Assembly: GCA_048885185.1 (NCBI GenBank)
Contig: JBHLQC010000004.1
Coordinates: 1-32,000 of the forward strand
Source of the DNA: Candidatus Odinarchaeota archaeon
Lineage (GTDB): Archaea > Asgardarchaeota > Hermodarchaeia > Hermodarchaeales > Hermodarchaeaceae
Direction of reading: 5' to 3'
Length of the DNA stretch: 32,000 nt
This document shows, one piece after another, positions 23,661-32,000 of this stretch. Within the stretch, counting starts at the first letter, position 1; each line of letters starts with the position of its first letter. The position numbers and the translations under genes were made by a program. The notes under the pieces were generated by a model that ran no database searches, was not told the origin of the DNA, and saw only the letters and a list, made by a program, of their open reading frames with translations.

Positions 23661-24596
23661 ATGGATGAAATGATGAAGATTTATTTTCTTGGAGTAGGTG
23701 GCGGAATTCCTTCACAGAACCGAGCATCGCCTGCGACAGCCATCTATTTCAAAGGAAAGATTTTGCTCTTTGACTGTGGAGAGGGGACCCAGATTCAGTT
23801 AAAACGTTCTGGTCTCAGCCCTCAGCGAATTATCGAGGTTTTCATCTCCCATCTTCATGGCGATCATGTCTTGGGATTGCCTGGGTTACTATCAACCATG
23901 GCTATGCTTCAACGTACAAAACCTTTGACTATTTATGGTCCTCCCGGCATCAAAACCTTCATCGAAACCAACCTAGAGCTAACTCACACTCAACTCGACT
24001 TCGATTTTGCTATAAAGGAAGTAGAAAAAGGAACGATAACTCACCAAAAACAGTACTGGGTGGAATGTCTTCCTGCGATTCATAATATCCCTACATTTTC
24101 ATACATCCTTCGTATGGCAGATATTCCGGGGAAATTCTATGTTTCTAAGGCTAGAAAATTAGGGATCCCATCAGGTCCTCTACGTAAGCGCCTACAGCAA
24201 GGTCATACAATAACAACTGCAGGAGGAAAGCGAATAAAACCAAGTGAAGTAATAGGTCCCATTCGAAAGGGTCCTGTTATTGTTTATTCTGGTGATACTG
24301 CCCCCAATCCAAAATTGACCACAAAGGCAAAGAATGCAACTCTTCTCATCCATGATGCCACCTTTTCGGAAGGACACAAAGATAAGGCCAAAGAATTTCT
24401 CCATTCTACTGCTTCGCAGGCAGCACAGATCGCTTCTAAGGCAAAAGTAGAACACCTTGCATTGGTTCATATTAGTCCACGATACGTTTCATTTGAAACA
24501 CATGAAAAAGAGGCACGAGAAATTTTTCCTAACGCTTTTGCTCCCAATGATTTGGACGTCTTGGAACTGAATCCTTGTCTAAAATTCCTGGCTTGA
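23661..24596 (+). CDS. rnz: Ribonuclease Z (tRNA 3' endonuclease)
   Basis: FLGVGGGIPS, FDCGEGTQ and ISHLHGDHVLGLPGLL (the HxHxDH metallo-beta-lactamase motif). 311 aa. Confidence 0.9.
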   Translation: MDEMMKIYFLGVGGGIPSQNRASPATAIYFKGKILLFDCGEGTQIQLKRSGLSPQRIIEVFISHLHGDHVLGLPGLLSTMAMLQRTKPLTIYGPPGIKTFIETNLELTHTQLDFDFAIKEVEKGTITHQKQYWVECLPAIHNIPTFSYILRMADIPGKFYVSKARKLGIPSGPLRKRLQQGHTITTAGGKRIKPSEVIGPIRKGPVIVYSGDTAPNPKLTTKAKNATLLIHDATFSEGHKDKAKEFLHSTASQAAQIASKAKVEHLALVHISPRYVSFETHEKEAREIFPNAFAPNDLDVLELNPCLKFLA

Positions 24597-24640
24597 TCTT
24601 CCTAAAGAAGCGTTTTCCAGGTTACAAAATGCCCATCAGA

Positions 24641-25063
24641 TTATTCGAGTTTGAGATTGTTTCGAAACTTTGGTCTTCCCTTAATGGTTGGGGGGCTGAT
24701 ATAATCGATAACATCTTGGATGTTGTTGGCTTGTATTTCAATACGAATTGGTCCAGTAGCAGTATAATCAGTTAAGTCACAGAGATGAAAGCGGTTCACA
24801 AAGGCAGCCTGGCGCTGTACAGCAAAAACTAATTCATTATTTTGAAGCGATTTGAGAAGCTGTTGTCTAACCGCTTCGAGAATCCGTAGTTCACGGAATT
24901 TTTTCGCGAACGTTGCTATTGATTCTGGCCCCGTAGCATAACCTTTCATAGTTGTCGTTTTTTCAGGTTCCTGAAATACTTCGATTGATGCAGGAGGACA
25001 CAGATTCAATAGAGCCTGTTTGACTTTTTCGATGTCCTCTGTTGGTTTGACATCAGCCCACAA
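24641..25063 (-). CDS. Conserved archaeal UPF0201/COG1931-like protein
   Basis: DVKPTEDIEKVKQALLNL matches the PTED..KV N-terminal signature as I remember it. It lies directly downstream of a UPF0200-type kinase, the usual archaeal pairing. The true start may be upstream at 25078 (see findings). Confidence 0.6.
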   Translation of the reverse strand: MWADVKPTEDIEKVKQALLNLCPPASIEVFQEPEKTTTMKGYATGPESIATFAKKFRELRILEAVRQQLLKSLQNNELVFAVQRQAAFVNRFHLCDLTDYTATGPIRIEIQANNIQDVIDYISPPTIKGRPKFRNNLKLE

Positions 25064-25097
25064 AGTGACGGAGATTATCTAACAGCCCTCCAGTCAA

Positions 25098-25664
25098 TTA
25101 GTCTATTTTGAATTCTTCTTTTAGAATCCGAAGAGTCTTTACCTTCAACTCTTCAGGGTCGCCCTCATTAACAATTACTAGATCTGCTTGAGCAATCACA
25201 CGCCCTATTCCAATGTCAAGTTCGCGAGCATCTCTTTCATGGAACGCTTCTTCAGTTAAGGCATCATCTTCTCGACCGCGCTCTTGAAGACGAGCGAACC
25301 GAATTTTGGGAGAGGCATGAACCGCAATTACTTTGACATAATCAATAACTCGTTTAAATGCAGAAACTTCGGCCTCGCTCCTTGCACCGTCAATTACAAT
25401 ATGTGGATTGGAAACTTGTTGTAATTTTTCAATACATCTTTCTGCAACCACAGCAGGGCCATACTGATCTCGAAGTTCAATCATTATTTGACCTAATGAT
25501 TGAGGAGATGCTTGGAGCTTTCGACAAGCGACTTCTTCACGAATCACGTCACCCATCACGATCACAGGAATAGCCAAATCCGAGGCGACGGTGAGCCCAA
25601 TGGACTTACCCGAGCCTGGCATTCCACAAAAAATGACAGCAGTTTTTACTTGCAAGGCAACCAC
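25098..25664 (-). CDS. UPF0200-family P-loop kinase (dephospho-CoA-kinase/adenylate-kinase-like)
   Basis: Walker A GMPGSGKS, then IPVIVMGDVIREE, VIDGARS and AVHASPKIRFARLQERGREDD, a pattern typical of archaeal UPF0200 proteins. Confidence 0.72.
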   Translation of the reverse strand: MVALQVKTAVIFCGMPGSGKSIGLTVASDLAIPVIVMGDVIREEVACRKLQASPQSLGQIMIELRDQYGPAVVAERCIEKLQQVSNPHIVIDGARSEAEVSAFKRVIDYVKVIAVHASPKIRFARLQERGREDDALTEEAFHERDARELDIGIGRVIAQADLVIVNEGDPEELKVKTLRILKEEFKID

Positions 25665-25682
25665 GATGCTTGAATTAGGATT

Positions 25683-26837
25683 TTACTTATACAGGCGCTT
25701 TTCTTTCGTGGAACGAATTGCTTCTACATGTTTGAATGTAGATTCATCTATGGATGAAAGCCCCTTTGAAAGCGCGTGGTGAAGAGCCCCTTTGAGTACC
25801 CTGTCTTTCAAATCACGCCCTGAATAGCCTTCAGTTCGTCGGGCAATCGCATCCAAGTCAGCTTCAACAGGCATTGGAAGAGTAGATGTATATTTTTTAA
25901 GAATTTCAAGGCGTTCATCGTAATCGGGAAGCGGAAATTCGATTTCTTCTTCAAAACGGCTTCGTAAAGCAGGGTCTAAAAAGTCTTGACTGTTGGTTGC
26001 GGCAATCACAACAACGCCTTCTTGGTCTTCTACAAGGTCAAATTGCGAGATGAGAGAGTTCACTACTTCGGTTACATCTCCACGAACCGATTGAAAACCT
26101 CGATCGAGCCCAATTGAATCGATTTCATCAATAAAGACGATACAGGGTTTATTCCGTGCAATGTCCTCGAAAAGTTTGTTGACCTTATCTGCTCCTGCCC
26201 CAACATGTTGTCCAATAAGTGATGTTGCCTTGATGTAGAAGAACTCAGCTTTTGTTTCTCCAGCTAGTGCTTGGGCTAACATGGTTTTTCCAGTTCCAGG
26301 GGGTCCGTGAAAGAGGACGCGTCGTGGGGCCCATTCAGCGAAGCGGGAGGGGTTGGCAATGTACTTTTGGATAATGAGGCATTTGGCCTTGGCGTTTTCA
26401 TGTCCGATGACATCATTAAATTTAATTTGCCGAGTCTTAGCTGTACTAATTCTTGGAGATTCGATTAGGCGGACTTTTGTATCAGCCACGATGTGGGCTT
26501 CAGTTGGCGAAACTGAAACAACTTCGAACGCGAAATCAGGAAGGAGCAATTGGTCGAAGAGATAGTCATTGAGTTTGACTTTCATTCCCTGCCATTGATC
26601 GACGGCATATGCGCTGAATAATTTTTCATCTCGAATTCTGAGCAGCGGATTAACTGAGGTATTATTTACTTCTAATGGATAACCAGCGGGTCGCAGAACA
26701 ACTTCTCTTGCTGGGATAATTTGTTGTGCAAGAGGGTCAGCGTGTGTTCGAGAAATTTCAGCTAGCGGTTTTCGTGTGCGTGATGATTTCTTTGTCTTCA
26801 ACCAAGCAATGCCTCCCAAAAGCAAGCTGTTCGCCAT
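25683..26837 (-). CDS. Single-module AAA+ ATPase (COG1223-like, Cdc48/Vps4-related)
   Basis: Walker [12 protein letters not shown], Walker B CIVFIDEIDS, second region of homology ATNSQDFLDPALRSRFE. 384 aa, with a distinct N-domain of about 130 aa. Confidence 0.85.
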   Translation of the reverse strand: MANSLLLGGIAWLKTKKSSRTRKPLAEISRTHADPLAQQIIPAREVVLRPAGYPLEVNNTSVNPLLRIRDEKLFSAYAVDQWQGMKVKLNDYLFDQLLLPDFAFEVVSVSPTEAHIVADTKVRLIESPRISTAKTRQIKFNDVIGHENAKAKCLIIQKYIANPSRFAEWAPRRVLFHGPPGTGKTMLAQALAGETKAEFFYIKATSLIGQHVGAGADKVNKLFEDIARNKPCIVFIDEIDSIGLDRGFQSVRGDVTEVVNSLISQFDLVEDQEGVVVIAATNSQDFLDPALRSRFEEEIEFPLPDYDERLEILKKYTSTLPMPVEADLDAIARRTEGYSGRDLKDRVLKGALHHALSKGLSSIDESTFKHVEAIRSTKEKRLYK

Positions 26838-26903
26838 TGGTAATGGAGAATGATATAAAGTTTCCCCATATCTTTAGAGTAGAAAATCATGAGATGAGTA
26901 CTA

Positions 26904-27473
26904 ATGGCAGGAATCCGCTGCTTTATTGCTGTTGAGGTTGATGATCCCATAGTAACTAGACACATTCGAAAAAAACAACAAGATCTTCAATCAAGTAGAG
27001 CCAAGCTAAAACTAGTTGAAGAAAAAAACCTCCACTTTACTTTACACTTTCTTGGAAATGTTGACGAGGGACGAATCCAGGACCTTACTGAATTACTTGA
27101 AAAGGTGGAAGGTGATTCGTTTAAAGTTGAACTGGTTGGTCTCGGTTGCTTTCGACCTCAGCGACCTCGAGTGATATGGATTGGATGTACATTGGGTGCA
27201 GACCAACTCATTCACCATCAGCAGTTCCTTGGAAAACAACTTAGGACACATGGATTCCCATCTGAGAAGCGAAAATATACACCTCATCTTACGATTGCTA
27301 GAGTCCGGAGTGGGGAAAACCGTTCCCAATTAATGAAGCTTGTTGATGAACACAAAAACTATGAATTCGGTAGGTTTCGAGTCAAAGCAATCAAGTTGAA
27401 GAAAAGCACACTTACACCGAAAGGTCCTATTTATGAAGACTTGGCTGTGGGAGAACTAAACGAGGTTGGGTAA
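26904..27473 (+). CDS. RNA 2',3'-cyclic phosphodiesterase / 2'-5' RNA ligase (LigT/ThpR, 2H family)
   Basis: Two HxT/S motifs, HFTLHFLG and PHLTIARV, at 2H-family spacing. Confidence 0.85.
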   Translation: MAGIRCFIAVEVDDPIVTRHIRKKQQDLQSSRAKLKLVEEKNLHFTLHFLGNVDEGRIQDLTELLEKVEGDSFKVELVGLGCFRPQRPRVIWIGCTLGADQLIHHQQFLGKQLRTHGFPSEKRKYTPHLTIARVRSGENRSQLMKLVDEHKNYEFGRFRVKAIKLKKSTLTPKGPIYEDLAVGELNEVG

Positions 27474-27510
27474 GAGCAGTTCACACGTACTATTTTAGAG
27501 GAAAAAGGTA

Positions 27511-28512
27511 ATGAAAATTCTTGTAACAGGTGCAACGGGATTCATAGGGCGTAATCTTGTAAAAGCGCTAGTAAGAGAGGGGCATGATGTTGCCGCCTTG
27601 GTAAGAAGGACGAGTAACGTTAAAGAACTGCCCAAGAAAATTCGATTAATAGAAGGAGACCTGCATGATCTTTCTTCTTTGAAGAAGGCAGTTGAGGGAA
27701 GGACTGTCGTAATTCATTTAGCAGCCTATTTTGAATTTTACCCAAAGGACGTAGATATGCTTTATCAGGTTAACGTTGAGGGAACTCGTAATTTACTCAC
27801 TTCTTGTATCGGATCAACAGTGAAGCGATTCATTTATTGTTCAACCACTGAAACAACCGGAACAGTTGCGAATCCTCCAGCAACGGAGGAAACCGAACTA
27901 CAGCCAATGTATGAATATGGAAAAAGCAAGATTCAGGCAGAAAATGCAGTACGAGAGTTTTCAGAAAAAACAGGATTCGAATACGTTATTCTTCGTCCTG
28001 TAGGAGTAGTAGGTCCAGGAGAGTTTTACATAGGATTTGAAACCATCAAGGCAATTGCCAATCGAGAAATCTCGATGATTCCTGGTGACGGACAAAATCA
28101 TATCATGTATATTCATGTTGATGATGTTGTGAAAGCATTTCTCATTGCATTGGAATCTAAGTCAGCAAAGAATGAAACCTTCATTATTTGCCCCGATGAA
28201 CCTTTGACCTATGAAGAAGTCTTCAATGTTGTTGCTGAAATATTGGGTGTAGAGCCACCGACAAGGAAAGTTCCAGTAGGTTTTGCAAAAATGGGCGTTG
28301 GATTGATTAGCTTCTTCAAACACAGGGGAAAAAGAACTTTTCTTTGGCATATGAAAACAGTCGATGCATTGAACAGCGAACGTTGGTATTCCAACGAAAA
28401 GGCCAAGCGAATGCTAGGATGGAAACCAACTATGACAATGGAAGATACCTTTAGAAGTGCAATTGATTGGTACATATCAGAAGGACACCTTGAGAAAAAA
28501 GAGACGGACTAG
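27511..28512 (+). CDS. NAD-dependent epimerase/dehydratase (extended SDR)
   Basis: ILVTGATGFIGRNL (GxxGxxG Rossmann motif) and a YxxxK catalytic pair (YEYGKSK). Confidence 0.85.
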   Translation: MKILVTGATGFIGRNLVKALVREGHDVAALVRRTSNVKELPKKIRLIEGDLHDLSSLKKAVEGRTVVIHLAAYFEFYPKDVDMLYQVNVEGTRNLLTSCIGSTVKRFIYCSTTETTGTVANPPATEETELQPMYEYGKSKIQAENAVREFSEKTGFEYVILRPVGVVGPGEFYIGFETIKAIANREISMIPGDGQNHIMYIHVDDVVKAFLIALESKSAKNETFIICPDEPLTYEEVFNVVAEILGVEPPTRKVPVGFAKMGVGLISFFKHRGKRTFLWHMKTVDALNSERWYSNEKAKRMLGWKPTMTMEDTFRSAIDWYISEGHLEKKETD

Positions 28513-28572
28513 GAAAAGGAATTAAAAGGGCTTGAGTGTTAAGAGACCAGCCCGTGGGCCGGTGGTCTAGAT

Positions 28573-28600
28573 CCCAACTGGTGACTACCACAGGCTAGAA
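28573..28600 (+). other. BHB intron 1 of tRNA-Pro(GGG), D loop, 28 nt
   Basis: Central helix CTAG 28567-28570 / CTAG 28595-28598, bulges ATC 28571-28573 and AAT 28599-28601, inner CC/GG plus hairpin TGGT-GACT-ACCA. The outer helix is weak, with one G-U pair. Confidence 0.7.
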
Positions 28601-28623
28601 TGGTATGATGCCTGCCTGGGGCG

Positions 28624-28654
28624 CGGTTTACTTGAATTGAAGTAATCCCCCTAT
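28624..28654 (+). other. BHB intron 2 of tRNA-Pro(GGG), between nt 39 and 40, 31 nt
   Basis: Inner helix 28625-28633/28640-28648, bulge CGC 28622-28624, central helix GGGG 28618-28621 / CCCT 28649-28652, bulge ATC 28653-28655, outer helix 28613-28617/28656-28660. Confidence 0.8.
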
Positions 28655-28707
28655 CAGGTGATCCCGCGTTCAAATCGCGGCCGGCCCACCACTTTTCTAT
28701 TCTTAGA

Positions 28708-29772
28708 TTAGAGACTGATCTTCCACCAAGGTTTGAGATTCTTTTTCATTTCTGATAATAACTTGTCCAGATATTTTCCGATGCGGGGATCCTCCTCGGG
28801 AGGGATTTCATTGACAGGTTTACCTTTTCCGCTTAAACCGACAAGGGTGTTATAGATTGATTCTGCCAAGGCTTGAAGATCGTAACCTCCTTCGAGAAAC
28901 ATAACAACTTGTCCTTTACAGTGCTTTTGCGCTACTTCGACGATAAGTTTTGTAGCTTTGAGAAAGGCTGTGGCGCTGAACTGGAGTCCTGTGAGATAAT
29001 CGCGGAAATGGCCATCATAGCCAGCAGAAACTAGAATAGCTGTCGGTGCGAATTGCTCAGCGATTTGAGGAAGAAGGACATTGAGTCCGTGAAGAAAAGA
29101 TGAATCAGTGGTTCCGGGAGGGAGGGGGAGGTTGATGTTGTAACCTTTACCGGGACCTTCTCCAACTTCTTCGATATAACCGGAATAGCCGGGATATAAT
29201 GTTCGTCCGTCCTGATGAAAGCCAAGATACAGGATGCGGGATTCAGCGTAATGGATTTCTTGGGTTCCATTACCATGATGGGCATCAATGTCGAGGATTA
29301 GAACCTTGCTATCAGGAATGGTTTCAGTGATATGCCGGGCAAGCACCGAGATGTTATTGAAAAGACAAAACCCACGTGCCATCTCCGCATTGGCATGATG
29401 TCCGGGAGGACGAACTAGAGCAAAAGCATTATCAAGATTTCTTGCTTGGATTTCTTGCCAGGCATTAATTCCAGAACCAGCCGCTAGAAGTGCGGCATTC
29501 CATGATCCCTTTGATGCACGTGTATCAGAATCAAATCGACTCTCTCGATCCGAAGCCGTGTGAACTAGGTCAATGTACTCTTTAGGATGGACTCTTTCTA
29601 ATTCGGGAATTGTTATTGCGAAGGGTGTTTCTAGTGTGATATTTGAATTATCGAAGACGTTACGTTCATTTAAATATTCAATAACTGCAGTGAGTCGTTC
29701 AGGGCGTTCGGGGTGCCCAAACCCCATGTCATGTTTTAAACAGTCAGGATGATAGAACAGCCCAGTAGGCAT
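28708..29772 (-). CDS. Histone deacetylase / acetoin-utilisation (AcuC) family deacetylase
   Basis: RPPGHHA, DIDAHHGNGTQEI and EGGY are the class I/II HDAC zinc-site motifs. Confidence 0.88.
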   Translation of the reverse strand: MPTGLFYHPDCLKHDMGFGHPERPERLTAVIEYLNERNVFDNSNITLETPFAITIPELERVHPKEYIDLVHTASDRESRFDSDTRASKGSWNAALLAAGSGINAWQEIQARNLDNAFALVRPPGHHANAEMARGFCLFNNISVLARHITETIPDSKVLILDIDAHHGNGTQEIHYAESRILYLGFHQDGRTLYPGYSGYIEEVGEGPGKGYNINLPLPPGTTDSSFLHGLNVLLPQIAEQFAPTAILVSAGYDGHFRDYLTGLQFSATAFLKATKLIVEVAQKHCKGQVVMFLEGGYDLQALAESIYNTLVGLSGKGKPVNEIPPEEDPRIGKYLDKLLSEMKKNLKPWWKISL

Positions 29773-29799
29773 GACTGAAACCCCATTATTTGAAGAGTG

Positions 29800-32000
29800 C
29801 TAGTCAAGTGTCAGTTGTGTTTGCCGGGTAGTTTGACGCCGTGTTGCCTTTAACGCTTGTTCTTCTTCGGTGTCGATAACCCCACCACATTGTTGTTTAA
29901 TTGATTGAGCAATTTGAGGACCAATTGTAGGAATAGTAGCAAGTTGAGCAATGGGCGCATCTCGAATACGCTTCTTCGACACGAAGCCAGCACGAAAGAG
30001 AAATCGAGCACGTACACGCCCAATTCCTTGGAGTTCAACCAGTTCTGCTAGTTCTCGTTTTACACCATATCTGACTCGAAGTTCTAACTCTTCTAATTCA
30101 GGAACAACTTTTCGACAGTCAAAAAGTGGAGCAATCTCTTTGCAGGCATAGAGAAGCCAAGCCTGTGTGTCCACAAGCCGAAGGAGATCACCTGATCCTA
30201 TCTTGAATTGGTTAATGAGCTGATCCTCAGGGAGTTCTTCAACCCAAGCTTTGGCAAGAAGGGCAGTTTTAACTTCAGCTAAAAAGAACTCGTAACGATC
30301 TCGGTGATACCGGGGGTCTGGAACAGCCACTAAGAACTCATCGATATGTTCGATTACATAGTCATGGAATCGTTCATCTTCTCCGCGTCGAAGGTAGAGA
30401 TTTGCCATATCTGGTGTATGGCTAATTAGATGGAGGAAGGAAACATCTGTTGTTTGGTCTATCTGTTTGGATGCTTTCAAAAGACCATCGCGAATTATAA
30501 CAGCGGATTTGGGGTCAATATAAAGTTGTGAAGTGCGTCGACCGAACTTTGTAGCACGTAATCGAGAACCAGATTGTGCTAAGAGATCTTCATCTTTGAG
30601 GAATTTCACAATCAAATCAATCATATATTCGACTTCATCTGGGTCCCGTTGGTGCCCAAAGAAAGTTTGCCGAATGAAGTTCATGATGCCTTCCTTGTCA
30701 GAAGCGTAGTTCATGGCGATTGTTGAGAGCACATGGCTCCGCAGAGCAGATTCGCTTGCGAGTTTTGAAATTATACTTTCAGGTGAACCAAGAATGTAGT
30801 AGTCTAATAGAAAATCTCGTTCGCTCTCATTGCGCGAGATGAGGATTGCTGTTCCTGTGGTATCGTATTTTGGTCGACCCGCCCGACCAGCCATTTGCTT
30901 GTATTCAAGTACCGGAATGGGTTGATAGCCTTCTATCCTGTCAAAACGCCGATATTCCCGAATAACAACAACCCTTGCAGGAAGGTTTACCCCAGCCGCA
31001 AGAGTTGGTGTCGCACAGATTACTTTGATGAGAGTATTCTTGAACGCTTCTTCGATTAGTTTGCGTTCAGAATATCGTAGACCGGCATGATGAAAGGCAA
31101 CGCCTGCTCTAATCAAACGGGCGAGTGTATCTGTTACTTGTGTGACTTCGCCAAGTTGAAGCAATTTCTCTGCAATATCCCCCAATTGTTTTTGTTCACT
31201 TCTTTTGAGTCGGGGGGCGACAATTGAACCTAGCTTTTGAGCGGTTCGAACCGCAGAGCGGCGCGTGTTGAGAAAAGCTAGGAGTTGTCCCTTTTTTCGA
31301 ATTACACTTCGAACTATATCTCCTATTGGAAAAGAGGTGGCAGGAGCATAACTATCCTCTTCACCGTCACCAAAGAACACTTTGCCCTCATGATACACTC
31401 CTTCTTGAAGGGCGACGGGGCGCCAGTCACTAATGACTGCTGTCCCTTCAAGCCATTCAGCAAGTTCTTCGGCATTATCCACTGTTGCACTTAGTGCAAG
31501 AATTTGGGCATTTGGTGCGATTTGCCGTAATCGGGCAAGAACCACCTCGAGTGTGGGTCCACGTCCAGGATCGTTGATGAGGTGGACTTCGTCAGCTATT
31601 ACGACGGCAATCTTTGCCATCCATTTCGCCCTGTGACGTAGCAGTGAATCAGCACGTTCGTTAGTACAAACCAGAATGTCATATGTTCCATACTTTTCCT
31701 CGGCTGTATCATAGTCCCCAGTCGTGATTCCAACATTCACTCCAAGCTTTGAATAAGAACGAAATTCTTCGAATTTCTCTGAGGCTAGCGCTCGGAGGGG
31801 GCAGAGGTAAAGTGCTGTGCCTCCTTGTTCCAGAATTGATTTCAACATACATATTTCAGCAATGAGCGTCTTTCCCGATGCAGTTGGTATTGCCAAGACT
31901 ACGTTTTTGCCGTCAAGTATTCCAGTTTTTATCGCTTTTTGTTGAGGGGGATAAAGTTTTGTTATGCCTTTTTCCAAGAAATAATCCTTAACTCGTTTTT
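29800..32000 (-). CDS. hel308: Hel308/Hjm (Ski2-like) DNA helicase, 5' end runs off the window
   Basis: Walker A AIPTASGKT, DEVH box ADEVHLINDPGRGPTLE, QMAGRAGRP motif VI, and a C-terminal HhH-like domain. The reading frame stays open upstream of the ORF-track TTG at 31977 (KRVKDYF...), so the N-terminus is truncated by the window edge. Confidence 0.9.
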   Translation of the reverse strand, partial: KRVKDYFLEKGITKLYPPQQKAIKTGILDGKNVVLAIPTASGKTLIAEICMLKSILEQGGTALYLCPLRALASEKFEEFRSYSKLGVNVGITTGDYDTAEEKYGTYDILVCTNERADSLLRHRAKWMAKIAVVIADEVHLINDPGRGPTLEVVLARLRQIAPNAQILALSATVDNAEELAEWLEGTAVISDWRPVALQEGVYHEGKVFFGDGEEDSYAPATSFPIGDIVRSVIRKKGQLLAFLNTRRSAVRTAQKLGSIVAPRLKRSEQKQLGDIAEKLLQLGEVTQVTDTLARLIRAGVAFHHAGLRYSERKLIEEAFKNTLIKVICATPTLAAGVNLPARVVVIREYRRFDRIEGYQPIPVLEYKQMAGRAGRPKYDTTGTAILISRNESERDFLLDYYILGSPESIISKLASESALRSHVLSTIAMNYASDKEGIMNFIRQTFFGHQRDPDEVEYMIDLIVKFLKDEDLLAQSGSRLRATKFGRRTSQLYIDPKSAVIIRDGLLKASKQIDQTTDVSFLHLISHTPDMANLYLRRGEDERFHDYVIEHIDEFLVAVPDPRYHRDRYEFFLAEVKTALLAKAWVEELPEDQLINQFKIGSGDLLRLVDTQAWLLYACKEIAPLFDCRKVVPELEELELRVRYGVKRELAELVELQGIGRVRARFLFRAGFVSKKRIRDAPIAQLATIPTIGPQIAQSIKQQCGGVIDTEEEQALKATRRQTTRQTQLTLD

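Larger units (their letters stand above)
28556..28691 (+). tRNA. tRNA-Pro (anticodon GGG) with two BHB introns; exons 28556..28572, 28601..28623 and 28655..28691
   Basis: After removing 28573-28600 and 28624-28654 the 77-nt product has acceptor GGGCCGG/CCGGCCC, D arm GTCT-AGATTGGTA-TGAT, a perfect anticodon arm CCTGC-CTGGGGC-GCAGG (U33, G37), T arm CCGCG-TTCAAAT-CGCGG, A73 and CCA. Confidence 0.88.

Noticed and set aside
25588-25594. GCCTCGG on the reverse strand as the missing 5' acceptor of the orphan tRNA half
   Set aside because: It lies inside the UPF0200 kinase CDS and no D arm follows. A 7-mer match is expected by chance a few times in 64 kb of two-strand sequence.
1-32000. CRISPR arrays, tandem or long inverted repeats, integrase/transposase genes, toxin-antitoxin or other defence modules
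   Set aside because: I saw no regularly spaced direct repeats and no ORF with recombinase, Cas or typical defence motifs. The window is core housekeeping apart from the LAGLIDADG ORF.

Overview
Archaeal chromosomal window, gene-dense and dominated by information-processing and RNA-maturation genes: PAN, DnaG, TyrRS, Pelota, Hel308, TFE, MBF1, NAC, Trm5/Tyw2-like, Trm56, Trm11, NcsA/TtuA, RNase Z and LigT. It also holds a free-standing 5S rRNA, an SRP (7S) RNA and five tRNA genes, all with encoded CCA. Two tRNAs (Val-UAC, Pro-GGG) carry three bulge-helix-bulge (BHB) introns at non-canonical positions; I could place each to the nucleotide because excision restores canonical 77-nt cloverleaves. 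Main finding: the conserved N-terminus of DnaG lies in a different frame from the rest of the gene, separated by a 28-nt hairpin insert whose flanks fold into a BHB-like motif. Applying the cut rule that restores the tRNAs gives the consensus junction [18 protein letters not shown], so this is a candidate endonuclease-spliced intron in a protein-coding gene. Other points are an orphan tRNA 3' half beside a free-standing, AT-rich LAGLIDADG homing-endonuclease ORF, and a roughly 370-nt G+C-enriched region (5383-5764) with no credible ORF that I could not assign to any RNA family. There is also a V-ATPase subunit D gene with no other ATPase genes nearby, basic or RS-rich low-complexity inserts in DnaG and MBF1, and a possible non-canonical ATA start. 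I found no CRISPR array, integrase, transposase or obvious defence island. The lineage cannot be fixed from this window; unlinked 5S, multiple non-canonical tRNA introns and the protein composition suggest a mesophilic TACK/Asgard-like archaeon, which is inference only.
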